Part shown: piece by piece, positions 1 to 13,100 of the stretch
Layout of the letters: each line of letters starts with the position of its first letter
Numbering within the stretch: the first letter of the stretch is position 1
From: Selaginella moellendorffii
Lineage: Eukaryota > Plantae > Lycopodiophyta
Length of the DNA: 64,000 bases
NCBI RefSeq assembly: GCF_000143415.4
Contig: NW_003314436.1
Location: 1 to 64,000, forward strand
Reading direction: 5' to 3'
Position numbers and translations under genes: made by a program
The notes under the pieces: generated by a model
The model's input: the letters and a program-made list of their open reading frames with translations, nothing else
What the model was told of the DNA's origin: nothing
The model's database searches: none

Positions 1-1034
1 ATTAATCGTTTACATTAAGTTCCACTTCGTGGTTTCCTATAGTAAATCACCATAGGATAAAAGGTGAAAACTACATTTAATATCAGAGGATGAGTCTCAG
101 CAAGTACTATCCAATAAAATTGGGCAACTAATCTTGTTGCATATGCAAAAATGAAAACAATGATCCAAATGGATACACATTTAGGTGCTAAGACATTGCA
201 TTTGTTCCTTAAGTATGGATTTTGGTTACCTTTTTATACTATGTTGTATGAGCTTGTGCTTGGGCTCATGTGTGAGCTATATTAGCAAATTAGGTTACAC
301 TTTTAGTTGACAAGATTACCATGAGTGGTTCCATGTACCATAAGTAAAGGTAAACCTCCCATAAGTTTGTTATGAGTAGTGAATAGGCTGATTTGTAGCT
401 ATTTAGTACAACAATAATGGATCCTTGTTAGGTATGATTATGAATGGATCAATCAAAACTATAAGGATTAATCTATTGGTTTAAGTAGTCAATGCTATGC
501 TCTTTTATAAACTTTCCTTGGATTAAACTGAAGGCAATGCAAATGTAGGCTTGAGGTTTAGTCAAGATGAGACTGAAAAGAGAGTTATTAGGAACGAAAG
601 ATCAAACATGTAAATCATTTTCTCTTCTTGGAGAGATAATTTGGCAATAAGATGTGATTTTATTGCTTGTGTTCACATCATGCAATCAAGAGTCCCTATC
701 TTGATGCATATTGAAAATGATAGTGTTACAAGTGGTGAGTCTTGGGATGGATAATAGTGGAGCATTAAACCATTTTATCTAAGCTTGCTATTGAAAACTT
801 GGATTAAAATGCTTAATTCTTTTTCTAGGAATCTTGCTATTGCTTCTTGAGTAGCATGGTGTTAGATTAGTGTTAAGTTTGCTTGAATAGGGAGTGGTGT
901 GAACTTATCCATGTTATGAACAAAAGCTAATAGTGTTGGGTGTTGTAAATTGTAAGGAACCAACTCCCCGAGGTGTCATAGACTAAAGGATCCCCGAAGC
1001 ACGACCAAAATGATAAAGAGTTTATCGGATGGGA

Positions 1035-1268
1035 CCAAGTCTGAGATCAAGTCCAAGACTGACTTTGAGACCAAGTTCGAGACAGAGTCCGGGATCAAGT
1101 TTAAGGCCAACTCCAAGACCGAGTTCGAGATTGAGTTTGAGACTAAGTCTGAGATCCGAGATCAAGTCCAAGACCGAGTCCAAGGTCGAGTCTGAGACAG
1201 AGTCTGAGATTAGGTCCAAGATCGGGTCCGAGATCGAGTCCAAGATTAAGTCTAAGACCGACTCTGAA
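1035..1268 (+). repeat. Degenerate 6-bp-period array (gagtcc/aagacc/gagatc type), probably within an LTR starting TGTCA at 974
   Basis: Clear hexamer periodicity that gives low-complexity ORFs on both strands. Candidate solo LTR 974-2163 (TGTCA...TGACA). Confidence 0.75.
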
Positions 1269-4200
1269 TACTAATACAAATCATGGGGTTCCAAAGCATA
1301 TGTCCAAAGCATATGTCTCATAAGGGGGGAGGGGGCTATAGGGGGTTCCAAAAGTATAGTAGGGATAGTGAGGTCCAAAAACCAATCTTGAAGGAACTCT
1401 CTAATGGTGCTTCCAAATTGACTCAAGGTTGAGACTGAGGCTTAAGGGCTTTGGTTGGGAGTGAGCACAGACTCGGGTGGTGCTAAAGGGGCCACCTAAG
1501 GAAGTGATCAAGAGTAACTCCCACTCCCGTAAGGGAAGTTGACTGTAATGCTCCTGACTCATATGGAGTGGTGCCCTACTTGAGTATCTTGTGGCTCATT
1601 AGTCCTCGCCCTTCTTATGGGCTTGGGCCTTCCCTTTGGGATGGAAGTGGGGGAGTAGAAGTACCTATATCAGGTCGTTAGGCCACAATGTTTCCCTTCG
1701 ATGTCCTAAAGGAAGTGCTGCACCCAAGGCTTAGAATTTAGAGGGTCTCATGATTAAGTTTTGTTGTATTAAGGGATGTTAGAAACTTAAAGGTTTGGTG
1801 TGCTTAGCTGTTTGTGCTTATGGGGAGTGTAGCCAAACTTTAAGTCCAGTTTAACCCGAGAAGGGGGATTGGGAGAGATTTAGGGAATCTATGAATGGAT
1901 GGCTAACACTCCATTGCTCATGTAGTGAGTAACTAAAACCAAATAGGACTAAATAGGAGCTTGTACAATAGGTGGGAACCTTAGCAAGGGAACTTAACTA
2001 AGGCCAAGATAGTGTTGGTCGGATAAATGAGCTAAGCTGGCAAATTGAAAGGGAAAAATTTATGGCTTACATAAATTTCTAATGATGGGGTGTGGTATTT
2101 ATGTTGTATTTTATTGAATTAAGCTGGCATTTAATACTCATATAAACTTTTATAATAGTGACAAAGGCGTTACTTGTGGTGTTGCTTGATTAATAATCAA
2201 GTTATTGTGATTTTCATATCATATCTTAGTGATCGTGACCATGTGTTTACGAAATTGCTTAGTAAATAATGATTAACCCCAAAGTGGTTGATAATGAAAC
2301 TAGTATACTTACAAATAGTAATATTAAAATAGCTTTGACTTGGTTCTCAATAGTGCTAAGTTTGAGTTGGTATCTTAGTTTTTGAGAGTTTGCTCATTGA
2401 GGTGTTAGAAAAGTTTATGGCATTTATTTATTATAGTTTGTTGATAAATCCATTAGCACTTGGAGTAAATTATTAGATGAAAAAGATGTGTAACTAAGGT
2501 ATTAACTTTGCTAGCACTTTTCCTAGTGGAAGTGGCATTGTTATGTTGAGTGATGAGGAACTTTCTTTAAAGTTTGATTTTCTATATTATTTTTTATTAG
2601 AGTTTTGGCTTCATACTAGATCTTGAAGGTGATTGAAGAAGAGTGTTAATGCAATATGGAATCCAAAAATATAATCTTCGTGATTGAGTCTTGGATGTTC
2701 ATTTTGCATTTTGCAGATGTTAGTGTTGGATTCGGAAATATAGGCATGATATTCAATGCTTAAATATATTGTTGGGTCATAAGAATTTGTGTTGAGGTGA
2801 ACTTTTGTGAAGTTATAAGTAGAAAAAAGTTGGTTAAGTTTTGAAAATTTGTATTCCTAGACTAAGAGTAATTCTTTCTCTAAAATGAAAATTTTCTAAA
2901 TTTTTTTTAAAACTTTTCCAATAGTTGATCTGTTGATTATTTTCCCTAAAAACCATTCCATTTTTGTAAGCTAATATAAACTAGTGCAAGGGTTGAAGTT
3001 TATTTTAATTGGCTTAAACTATAGTAAGTAGTTTGTATGGTGCAACCTAAAAGGGATGTTAACTTTTGGGGCTAAACCAATTAAATTGGATAAAGTCTAA
3101 AGTTAGTGTAGAAAAGTGGTTGTTGCACTTTTATAAAAAAGTGACTTTTATGCCTCTTTTTTTTAGTGTTATACTTGATGGCAAGTGTAAGCTCCTGAAT
3201 TTGGATTTCCTAAAAGGTTACACAGCCAAGTATTATTCAAACCCAAGGATGCTTAACCCTAAGTATCCCAAAACCTTTAACCGATTGGAAAAGGGAGTGC
3301 ACTTTTGTTTATATGCCCTTTCCCTTTATATTTGATCCCTTATGAATCGTCTTTCAAGTTGTTCTCTTTGGTTGCTTACAATAGATTACACCTTACATTT
3401 TGTTAAACTTTATGAGAGTAGTGAGCTCTCACAGATCTTAACTTAGTCTTGGTAGCCTCATACCTTAGATGAGGATAGTGATGTCTAACTTAGTTGTTTG
3501 AGGTGTTAGTACCATACTATAATTTTGTCTATTAGGAGGTTATGTACTATATAAATCCATCTCATGGTCTTCACTTTAATTTTGGCTAAGTGTTGATCAT
3601 ATATAGCCAACTTCTTCAAGGTTATGCTTAGAGCTATTGGTTAAATGTGATGGTAAAATTTCTACTGTTCGATTGGATTCGAGTAGTCATTTAGTCCATG
3701 CATGTCTATGTTCCTATATCTTACACGTGGACAAGTATATGACTTTGATGCATGAGTTAGTGTTTAAATCTTGTGAAAGACAAGTTAAAGAGTGATTATT
3801 GGTTGCTTTGCAACTAATGATTGTTTGTAGACTTCATCGAGAACTTTTAACACTTGCTTTGCTAGATAAAGATTTATTAGTGATGGGCTTGTTTACCAGA
3901 TGATGTTGTGGAGGATCGTATCATTCAAATTACATGGTTTTTCCATGTTAGCATATTGATTCCACTTTTGTTTATATCATTTGGTTATATTTAATCCATG
4001 GCAATAGATCTTATTGAGTCTTGGATGTGATGAATTACTCCTTAATTCTATAGTTTGAGTATTGTTGAAGGATTGGTCTTATATACTAATTAAGGTATCT
4101 TTAGCTTTGGTTACCTTAGTTGTTAGAGCGTTTTGAGTGGTGATTTGCTCTTGCTTTTTTCTAGCTTTTTTCTAGCTTTATTTCAGTGTTGATGATATCG

Positions 4201-6351
4201 ACATGATGCTCTATCATTGATATTGTTGATGTTGAGGTCCGCGTGACATGAGATGTCTCTTCATAGCATNNNNNNNNNNNNNNNNNNNNNNNNNNNNNNN
4301 NNNNNNNNNNNNNNNNNNNNNNNNNNNNNNNNNNNNNNNNNNNNNNNNNNNNNNNNNNNNNNNNNNNNNCATATTACACTAATCAGATGACTTGCTAAGT
4401 GAGATTGCCGAATCAAGGGAATAAAAACATTAGTTGAAGGTGTTGACTTAAAAGGGGTGGCCCATGGGGCCAAATATGGAGGAGTCCATGCATGATCACA
4501 GACTTGTCAAGTAAAAGGACTTAGTAGTTCAAAGGAATTAAATTCTTAAGCTATAATCCATAGTGCACTTTGGGTATAAGTTAATACACTGGCATAAGGA
4601 GTCACACCAAACATCTTTGGTAATGTCATCCATAGATGCATATACGGAGGTTGGGTTCGAGTCTCAACCCTTTAATGCTTGGATTCGAGTCCCAATTCAC
4701 TAGGGTGTGGTGATAGTTTAGAAAATGAAGACAATCATTTTTAGTGGTTATGGGCTTTTAGTATGAAGGCTAGCTTAGGCACGCTATTAAACAAAAGATG
4801 CTTTGGAGTCGTGATGCATAATTAGATTGCTTAGTGTGAAAGCTCGGCATATCTAAATTAAACACTTTGGTGCAAGTGGCACAAAGGACATGGTGAATGA
4901 GATAGGAACACTCAGTTTTAGTTGTTATGGATCCTTAGCCGGAAGGGCTAGCTTAAGCACATACCAAGTGTGGGGGATGCTCATGAGGTCATGGTCAACA
5001 ATTTAAGGGTCTGAAAAACTTGGTACCTATTGAGAAATTTGTTAAGGTGTTAAAGTGAGATCACCAGGTGAAACAAGGATAAGATCCTTATGAGGTTAAG
5101 GAATAAAGTTTGTAGTTCAAAGTGTTAATTTGAATTATTGGTAATGGTATGATTTAGTCAAGGTTACCAAATAGAAAGGACACATAAAGGAAATGAATTA
5201 TAACAATGAAATGGTATTGTAAATCCAAGAAAATAATTTATGAGGAAAGACCCATAGGTGGGTCACAAGGTTGGGCTGTAGATAAGGCTTATAGCAGAAA
5301 ATGCTAGAGAGACTTACTAGGGGTGAACACTTTCTAGACTTGGTAAAGTAGAGCATTTACTATAGAATTGAAAAAATACCTCAAGGATTGAGGTAATGAT
5401 TTTATATTGCATGATGCAATAATTAAAGGATGAAAACAAAGGACTAAGGGCCAAGAATGGGCATTAGAAATTACTGAAAAATGATAAATTAAGGGAGGAA
5501 CCACTATATGGTGGATACTAATGGATTATTTCCAACAAAAAGAAATAAGTTTCCAAGGATGGCATTCTCAAATACTTCAATTTAGTGAAGGTGAAAACTC
5601 CTAAAGAGGGAGTGGTAAGGTAGCCAAATGATAGTGAAGACAACTCTAACACAAATTATAGATAAATGAAACTTAGTGCCTAGAGTGGCACAAAATAGAA
5701 AAAAGGGTGAAGGTGCCCTCAATTAAAGAACTTTTTAGGAGGGAAAAGTGGAGTTTGTATAATATGTGCAATGCAAAGTGCCAGAGACACCAAAGAAATT
5801 GACTCAAAAAATTAATATCATAATTCCAAAGTGTGATGGTTATGTTGATGGAGGTTGAGACTACTCCAGATTGAGTAGTAAAATTGAGATAGAGAAAGTG
5901 TCTTTAATGGGTTTAATGAAAACTAAATAAATAAAAGGAACTTGTGATCTAATGAAACTTTAAATTAGAGAGACTATGTTCCTTAGAAGATGGGAAAGGC
6001 ATGGTAAACCTTTGGTGTGAACCATGGTTTGATACTAAGAAAAATGGTAATCCATGATAAGGTTACTTTATGAAATGGTTTATCATTTAATGAGGACATC
6101 GAACTTCGTTTATAGTGGGTGGGATTGTGAAACATAATCCCTAAGCCCAAAAGTGGAGCAAAAAACGTGCCACATGTAGTGTTTCCAAGTAAAGTCTATA
6201 TAAGTGTAATACACTTTGGACCAATATACCATTCCTTAGTCACATTGGCCTTTCTTAGCCAAATTGGCTCCACTAGAGTCCTCCCCCTTACTATACTTTT
6301 GGAGCTCACCAAACCCCCCAAGGTCTGGGAGATGAATGCTTTGGGCTTTTA

Positions 6352-6712
6352 CCCTCGGACTTGGACTTGGACTTGGACTTGGAGTCAAACTTAGACTTGG
6401 ATTCGGATTTAGACTCAAACTTAAACTCAGTCTCGAACTCGGTTTCAGCCTCAATCTCAGCCTCAATCTCGATCTTGGTCTTGATCTTAGTTTTGACCTC
6501 AGACTCCATTTCAAGTCCATCTCGGACTCTATCTCAGGTCCATCTCATACTCCATCTCAGGTCCATTTTAGACCCCATCTTAGGTTTATCTCGGACTCCA
6601 TCTTGGACTCCTTCTTGGACTCCTCAAACTCCATTTCAAACTCCTTCTCAGACTCATTCTCGAAGTCCATTTTGAGCTCCTTCTCAGACTCCATCTTGGA
6701 CTTGTTCCTGAC
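6352..6712 (-). repeat. Inverted copy of the hexamer array family
   Basis: (ttggac)n/gactcc array is the reverse complement type of 1035-1268. The flank ccaaaagtatagta is shared in inverted orientation (near 1348 and near 6290). Confidence 0.75.
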
Positions 6713-9139
6713 ACTTCCATGTGTCATGACAATTGCCATATGTCAATTCTTCTTGTGTCCCTTTTTAGAAACTTATTCATAGATTGTTTCGTGCTCATTT
6801 CTTGAGCACTTTCTTCAAGTTCCACTCCTGCTCTTGACTTTCCAAATCAGAGTTTTTGGTCTTTTCCTTGAAAAATGATTCAATTATAGATTATGCTAAC
6901 TTTATGAGAGGAAAAGCTAGTGATTGATATTAAAATGATTAAATTTTTGTTAGGTTTGAGTGGAGAATATATCAATTGAATCCATTTATGCATAATAAAA
7001 TGTAACTTACTTCATAACAAATATAAAAGAAATCATTAATGTGGAGGATTGTTTGGTGATCACTTATTAAACATAGTTTTATTGTGCTTAGCTTTTGGAT
7101 TGCTATAAACATACTCTTTATTAACTTTGGCATTATGAATTTTAACTTATGGATATATTGAGAAGGATATTATGGGTTGTAATGACTTCTTCAATAGTAT
7201 TAAAGTTAGTTCAAGAAAAACTCATGATCATTGTTAGATAAGACTTGGCTATAAGATTTTTTGAACTTTTAGTTTTTTAAGTTAGTATTTGTATTTGGCA
7301 ATAATTGGTGATAATTGACTGTTATCTACAATAGTTGATTATCCTTGTCAAAAGTTTTGATTGATTATTGTTGATATAGATACTTTGCTATTTTTCAGAA
7401 TGGTGGATTCTTTCTTCAACGATAATTATACATCTTTTTATTAGTGGGATGATTGGTATCTTTTATGATAGTTAGTTATTTTCTTTGATGGATTTTGGCT
7501 TTTTACATTACTATGTATTTTTTGTGGTTTGTTTTAGATTGGTCTCTTAAGTTTGAGATATCCATAGAATGTTGCTAATGCTTGCTTAAAAAACTTGAGT
7601 TCCTTAGTATAGTTGACTAAGATTTATTCAAATTAACTAGTGTAATAGTTGGCATGAATGAGTACTTGTTTGCTTTGCAACATTCATTTTGTTCTATTGA
7701 TTGTTGCTATAATTAGTTTTGATAGATTGGATGTTATTTCCTTTAGGTGATACATTCACAAGCATTTTGTTTTTTATCAATGATATTTTATGTTCTTTTA
7801 ATTATTTTTCATTATTGTTTTGGCATATTGTCTACAATCTTTGATAGTTATATTTTACCATTGAATGTTCTTAATAATACACTTGATATTGAATTTTGTT
7901 AGATGGTGAATCTTATGTTTTCCAATTATGATGATCTTGGTGGTTACTATACTCTACTACTTGTTTTATCGGATGATAACTACATTAAAATACTTTTGTG
8001 TTCTAATCTAATCTAAGGTTTATTCACTAATAATTTAGTCTCTAAAATATCATTATCTCTAACTTTGATATTATCCATCTCTTGATCTTTTCATTTGGGC
8101 TAGTATAAGTAAACTGGCTTTAGCACTTAGTGTGTATGGTGAAATCTTTAATTATGGGGTAACTACTATCAATTGGTCACATCACCTACCTCTTTCTCAA
8201 TGTTCTTTATTTTGTTATAAAGGTGTGACTGAACAACTCTACTTGCCTATTTATAATAGTTTATTTAAATTTTATAGATAGGTTTGGTTTCTTTGCTCAA
8301 AAGGGTTGGGGCCTATAACTTCTNNNNNNNNNNNNNNNNNNNNNNNNNNNNNNNNNNNNNNNNNNNNNNNNNNNNNNNNNNNNNNNNNNNNNNNNNNNNN
8401 NNNNNNNNNNNNNNNNNNNNNNNNNNNNNNNNNNNNNNNNNNNNNNNNNNNNNNNNNNNNNNNNNNNNNNNNNNNNNNNNNNNNNNNNNNNNNNNNNNNN
8501 NNNNNNNNNNNNNNNNNNNNNNNNNNNNNNNNNNNNNNNNNNNNNNNNNNNNNNNNNNNNNNNNNNNNNNNNNNNNNNNNNNNNNNNNNNNNNNNNNNNN
8601 NNNNNNNNNNNNNNNNNNNNNNNNNNNNAAATGCACTACAACTTAAACACCTTTTGGTTGTCATTAACAAAGAAATGTAACGTCAATCTTCCGTAAGAGG
8701 AGAAAAGTGTCACAAATATGATTGCAAGTATCGAAAGTGATTTGTTGGCAAATTCTTTTGGATATTCTTTCCTTACTGTTACGATAGTAGGGGGTTAGTT
8801 ATTGCTAAATTCTTTTTCAATTTTTGTTTAAGTTAGTTGAGAAATTGGTCATCATATATGCACTTAGCAGTTGTGGGGGGGTTCTAAATGTATAATAAAG
8901 ATAATGGGTAGGTCAAGTATGGCTGATTAATATAAAGCATAGTTTAACTTCCGTTTGTATGTCTGTCCGTGTTCTGTGTTTGACTTGGGTCTAAACCCAA
9001 GTTCCATACCATGCTAACTGGTGAAGTATCCATATTTTTGCATTAGGCCATCGATATGTTAAAATAGCACCAAACTCTATTTAGCTCAATTTTGTATGTT
9101 AGTCCTAGCATTGGGATGTTAAATGTTCTAGGATTGTTC

Positions 9140-9290
9140 CAATGGCACTCTATGCTTCTATCTTTTCATTCTTTGGGCAAAATATTCAAGAGTTGCTCCA
9201 TGTTCCTACCCTTTCGCTCTTTGGGTTGAATGCTCAAGAGTTGCTTCATGCTTCTATCCCTTCACTCTTTGGGCTAAACGCCAAAAAGTC
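9140..9290. repeat. About 48-bp tandem repeat, roughly 3 copies, inside the candidate LTR
   Basis: Units caagagttgct(c/t)catg...ctctttggg repeat at 48-bp spacing. Confidence 0.65.
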
Positions 9291-10039
9291 ACTTTGTCCT
9301 TTGGTTCCTTTGTTCCTTAGTTGCAAATTTAGGAGTTCGACTCTATACCTTTATTTAGTGGCCCAATGCCTTGAAATTTGGGTTTCACTCCACTATTCTT
9401 GGACATGTGGCATGTGGCATATAACATGTTGTACATGGAAAGTTTAAGTTCCACTTCATAGTTATCCTATGGTAAATTACTATAAGATAAAAGGCACGTG
9501 CATTACAACAAGAGCGAATGGTCTAGATTGAAACTAATATGATGGTTATTAAAATCCCATTATGCTAATATTAGTGTATGATTATTAATATTAGTATATG
9601 GCATCATAGCTGTACACTTGGACCTCATAATATATATTTTTTAATATATAAAATAATAATTTTTTAATGAGGATAATGGTTTGATAAATAAAATCATTGA
9701 TAATTTAAAACTAAATTTAGTAAAACTCTACACATATAACTCAAGATAACTTATTTTGTTAAAATCCACTCCAAACTAATATCTAAAATAATTATTGTTT
9801 ATTTTACTGAATAAATATGTCCTATAATATAGTTTTTTTTATGACCATTACCTTCATTTAAGATTAAAATGAGGTTATAAATAAAGAAAGTATAGTTGAT
9901 AAAGTTTTTTATTTAAGTTATCAATTAATAGCATCTTTAAAACTATTGAGAAGACTAGACTATAAGTACACCATAATAATCTAAGTCATGATATATAATT
10001 TATTATATTCTACACACATAATTTGTAAATATATAATTA

Positions 10040-10527
10040 CTATTCATAGTCACATATACCTATTTCGTAAGTATTTAAATCCTCAATCCATTTTCCTACA
10101 TCAAAATAAGCTAATTCAGTTGATAAATTTGATATACGAATCCACTCAACAAACCATCCAGGAGAGTCCCCCATTCCATCTTGTACTAGCACTATTTTAC
10201 AAATTTTATCATTTTTTAAAAGACATACATCTTCCACAATAAATTCATCAATATTGCAACGTTCAAAGTCATTATGATTTGTATTATCTAAATCATTATA
10301 ATTCAATTTCATTTTAGATAATGTATAAATTGTAATATCTATATCTGCATCAGTACCAGCAAATAATTTACACCCAGTTTTAATTGAGATTTTATAATAA
10401 CACTAAATATAATAACACTAAATAAGTTATTTATTTTTAATAAAGTTTTAGATAAACTTACCTTTTGTTGAGAAGACTTTTCTACAAAAAATAATAGATA
10501 TAAATTTATAAAAATAATATACAACAT
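10040..10527 (-). CDS. Secreted single-domain PLAT/LH2 protein, 142 aa, two exons (10527-10462, 10402-10040)
   Basis: Exon 1 is MLYIIFINLYLLFFVEKSSQQK (signal-peptide-like), followed by a 59-nt GTAAGT...TTTAG phase-0 intron. Exon 2 reads CYYKISIKTGCKLFAGTDADIDITIY...NDFERCNIDEF...DGMGDSPGWFVEWIRI...FDVGKWI, matching PLAT motifs (KTG..AGTD, FERG..D.F, DG.G..GW, F.V..W). Confidence 0.8.
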
Positions 10528-11149
10528 TTTGAAAACTAAAGGTGTAGCTATTAGTTTATGTTTTCCTTCTTCAATATTACTTAATTTATAATGAAATTAT
10601 TAAAGTTCTTATATTATATTAATTTTCTTTATTTTTATTTTATTATTGAAGACAAAATAGATGTTGTATATAGCTAGGAATAGTAAAAACTTTTGAAAAT
10701 GTTTATTTTAAGAAGCAGAAAAATAGATTGCTACATGTTGCATATAGTAACACTTGGTTTGCTTAATAGTAGTTTTATTATTATTTATTAATCCAATGGA
10801 TCAAATAAAGTTTATAATTATAAGCATGTTTGTAGTTTATAAACACAAGATTAATCTTATTGCATATCAGCCATTAGATGATAGAATAAAAATAATATAC
10901 TAGAAATAGTTTAATAAAGTTTATAAATTATAAACCTGTTTATAATTTATAAATACAAGATTAATCTAAATGAATATAGATGATAAAATATCCTAGAATA
11001 TCCAAGCATATTCTGGTTATATCCACTGCCATCCCAGTCCCCCTATAGTAAGAAAACCAAAAATAAACTTTATAAAAGTAAAGTTAATTTTTTAGAAACA
11101 TATTTTTTATTTCTGAATTAAGTTACTACTATTAAATTTATTATATTAT

Positions 11150-12060
11150 ACATAAGGAGGCATTAGCAAAAAATGACTCCTTTAACTATTTGATTTTTAA
11201 GCTTTGACAAGGAAATATATGGTGGGGTTGGACAATCATCACAATGCTTGCAACATCTTTAAGCAACACTCAATTTAGAAGGTTTAACTTACTTTGAATC
11301 CACAATATTTGTTAGATATCTTGTGGGAAAGGGGTTGAATTGTAATGATAATGCTTGCTTTGTTATGCTTGTGGGAAAGTAGTGGCGAGCTAAAACTTCC
11401 TACTACTTTAAAAAGCTTTGAGGTACATGAGCAACATATCTCCTTTTGGAGAATCTACAAAGAATAAGGAAGCTCTTGTTGAGGATGGAATGGCAACTCT
11501 ATTTATATCCTCAAGTTTGCCAAAGCTACATTTTAAGAGACCATAGATCACTATATAAGATTGCTAGGAAAAGTCATTAATTGTTTGGAGGAAAGGTTTC
11601 TAGAGTATGGAGGTATGATGGAAGCTACTTAACACCACTCTTTATCTTGATAAATTAGAGGATGTAGTAGTTGTTGTGAAGTCTTAGGCTTCCATCCTAG
11701 TTGAGCAGTTCAAAGAGCTACTTACTAATATGGACAGTTTTAAATATCAAGCATTGAACTTTGGAGTAAAGACTTTGGATGAAAAACCATGAATGACTTT
11801 TGGAATTATTATCAAATAAGGAAGTTTTAATTACTTATATTTTTTCTAGAATCTAAAATGATGAATGCTTTTATTCTCTCAGATTCTACCTTGAGTATTA
11901 TAGTGAGTTCTTGAAAGTGTGGGCTGCCATAATGGTAATTCTTATAAGTATAATAGAATGCAAGTGGGGTTTTAAGAGGTAAAATAATATAACAACAATG
12001 AACAAGTGAATTTGAAGTTGAGAACTTTAGATATGCTCATGTTCTTTTAGCTTGTCACTT
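11150..12060 (+). mobile_element. hAT transposase relic, C-terminal part including dimerisation domain
   Basis: Broken frames give VINCLEERF and ISIIECKWGFKR*NNI...LRTLDMLM, cf. hAT S.A.CERGFS..N.IK..R..L..LD.LM. Many stops. Confidence 0.55.
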
Positions 12061-12329
12061 TTAGCTCTCTCTACTAAAGAAGACCAATGGCAACTTAATC
12101 AAACATAATGTATATTAGGTGATTTATATCTCTTACATTGAAAAAGTAAAAGTTTTTTATAAACTTTACATTGAGGTTAATGTTGATGCAAAGTTCAAAT
12201 TTGAAAAGTTGGAGCTATATAAACAATTTTTTTGAATATAAAAAAAATTAAAAAGACTTTGAGATATAGTATATCGGATTTATCATAATAAAGTGACATT
12301 AGTAAAAATAAATAAAAATAACCAAGAAA

Positions 12330-13100
12330 ACAAAGTGTTGCTACAATAATAAATTATGTTTACTTTTAAAAGCAGAATGAATCACTGTGATCAAGTGCTA
12401 TACACACTCCTTAAATTATGTGACTAAACTAGATTGTGCTCCTTGCATGGCATTTCAACCATCTGTGGCAATACCAATCAACTTCTCAAGAGAAAGACTT
12501 ATATCATTTATCCAAGTAAACACTACATCTAGGTTTGCCAATTTTTGTTGATACTAGCTTGAAGTAGTTAATTCTTATCTCTCTACCGCTTGAAAAAAAT
12601 TTAACATAGAAAATCAAATGATGTTTCAACCTATTATCAATAGACTTGTTTGCTTGAAACTAGTTCAACTCAACTTCTCATAGTAATCTTTGTGAGTAGC
12701 TTGAAGGAATCCTTTACCAGCCTTTACATTAGTGTAACTCAAATAACCATTGACACATGAAAATCAATCTTAATAATTGCTATCACCCTTTTCTATTCTT
12801 TAGCATTAATTACCTGTAAGTGTTTGACCATGCTTTGTGGGCTTCAAGCTCTCAACAACTACTTGCAAGTGATCTTCAGAATCCACATGAATCCTCAAAG
12901 CTAGCGTTTGAAGAGTTTTACAGCCCTCTTTTGTAAACACATTATCCATTTTAGCATCAATGCAATATCTATATTTCATCATTTCGTTTCTAACCAAAGA
13001 AAGAAAATTAACTAATGTGAGATCTCTCGGTGGTGCCAAGAGTAGCTGACTCTGTTCATGTCTTTTTGCTCAGAAGTACTGGGTGTGGTCTCTTTGAATG
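12330..13100 (-). mobile_element. hAT transposase relic, catalytic region
   Basis: Minus strand near 12470-12360 reads ATDG*NAMQGAQSSLVT*FKECV*HLITVIHSA, cf. TDGA..M.G..SG.......P.L..IHC.AH. Confidence 0.55.

Larger units (their letters stand above)
1..9507 (+). mobile_element. Decayed LTR retrotransposon (5' LTR runs off the window; candidate 3' LTR 8676-9507) with nested relics
   Basis: 17-64 (aagttccacttcgtggtttcctatagtaaatcaccataggataaaagg) recurs at about 9446-9494. The first copy ends ...ctaca (75) and is followed by a G-to-A eroded tRNA-iMet PBS (taatatcagag, cf. tggtatcagag). The second lies at the end of a TGTAA...TTACA bounded segment. Weak Gypsy-like remnants: integrase-like TPSANG on the minus strand near 2450 and protease-end-like EPWF near 6020. 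Confidence 0.55.

Noticed and set aside
1010-1274. Ser/Lys/Glu-rich ORFs (also at 6236-6782)
   Set aside because: Artefacts of the hexamer repeat, open on both strands and in several frames.
4640-4710. tRNA gene
   Set aside because: Only T-loop-like hairpins, with no acceptor, D or anticodon arms.
8272-8680. ORFs spanning N runs (also 4261-4473)
   Set aside because: Open only because of assembly gaps.
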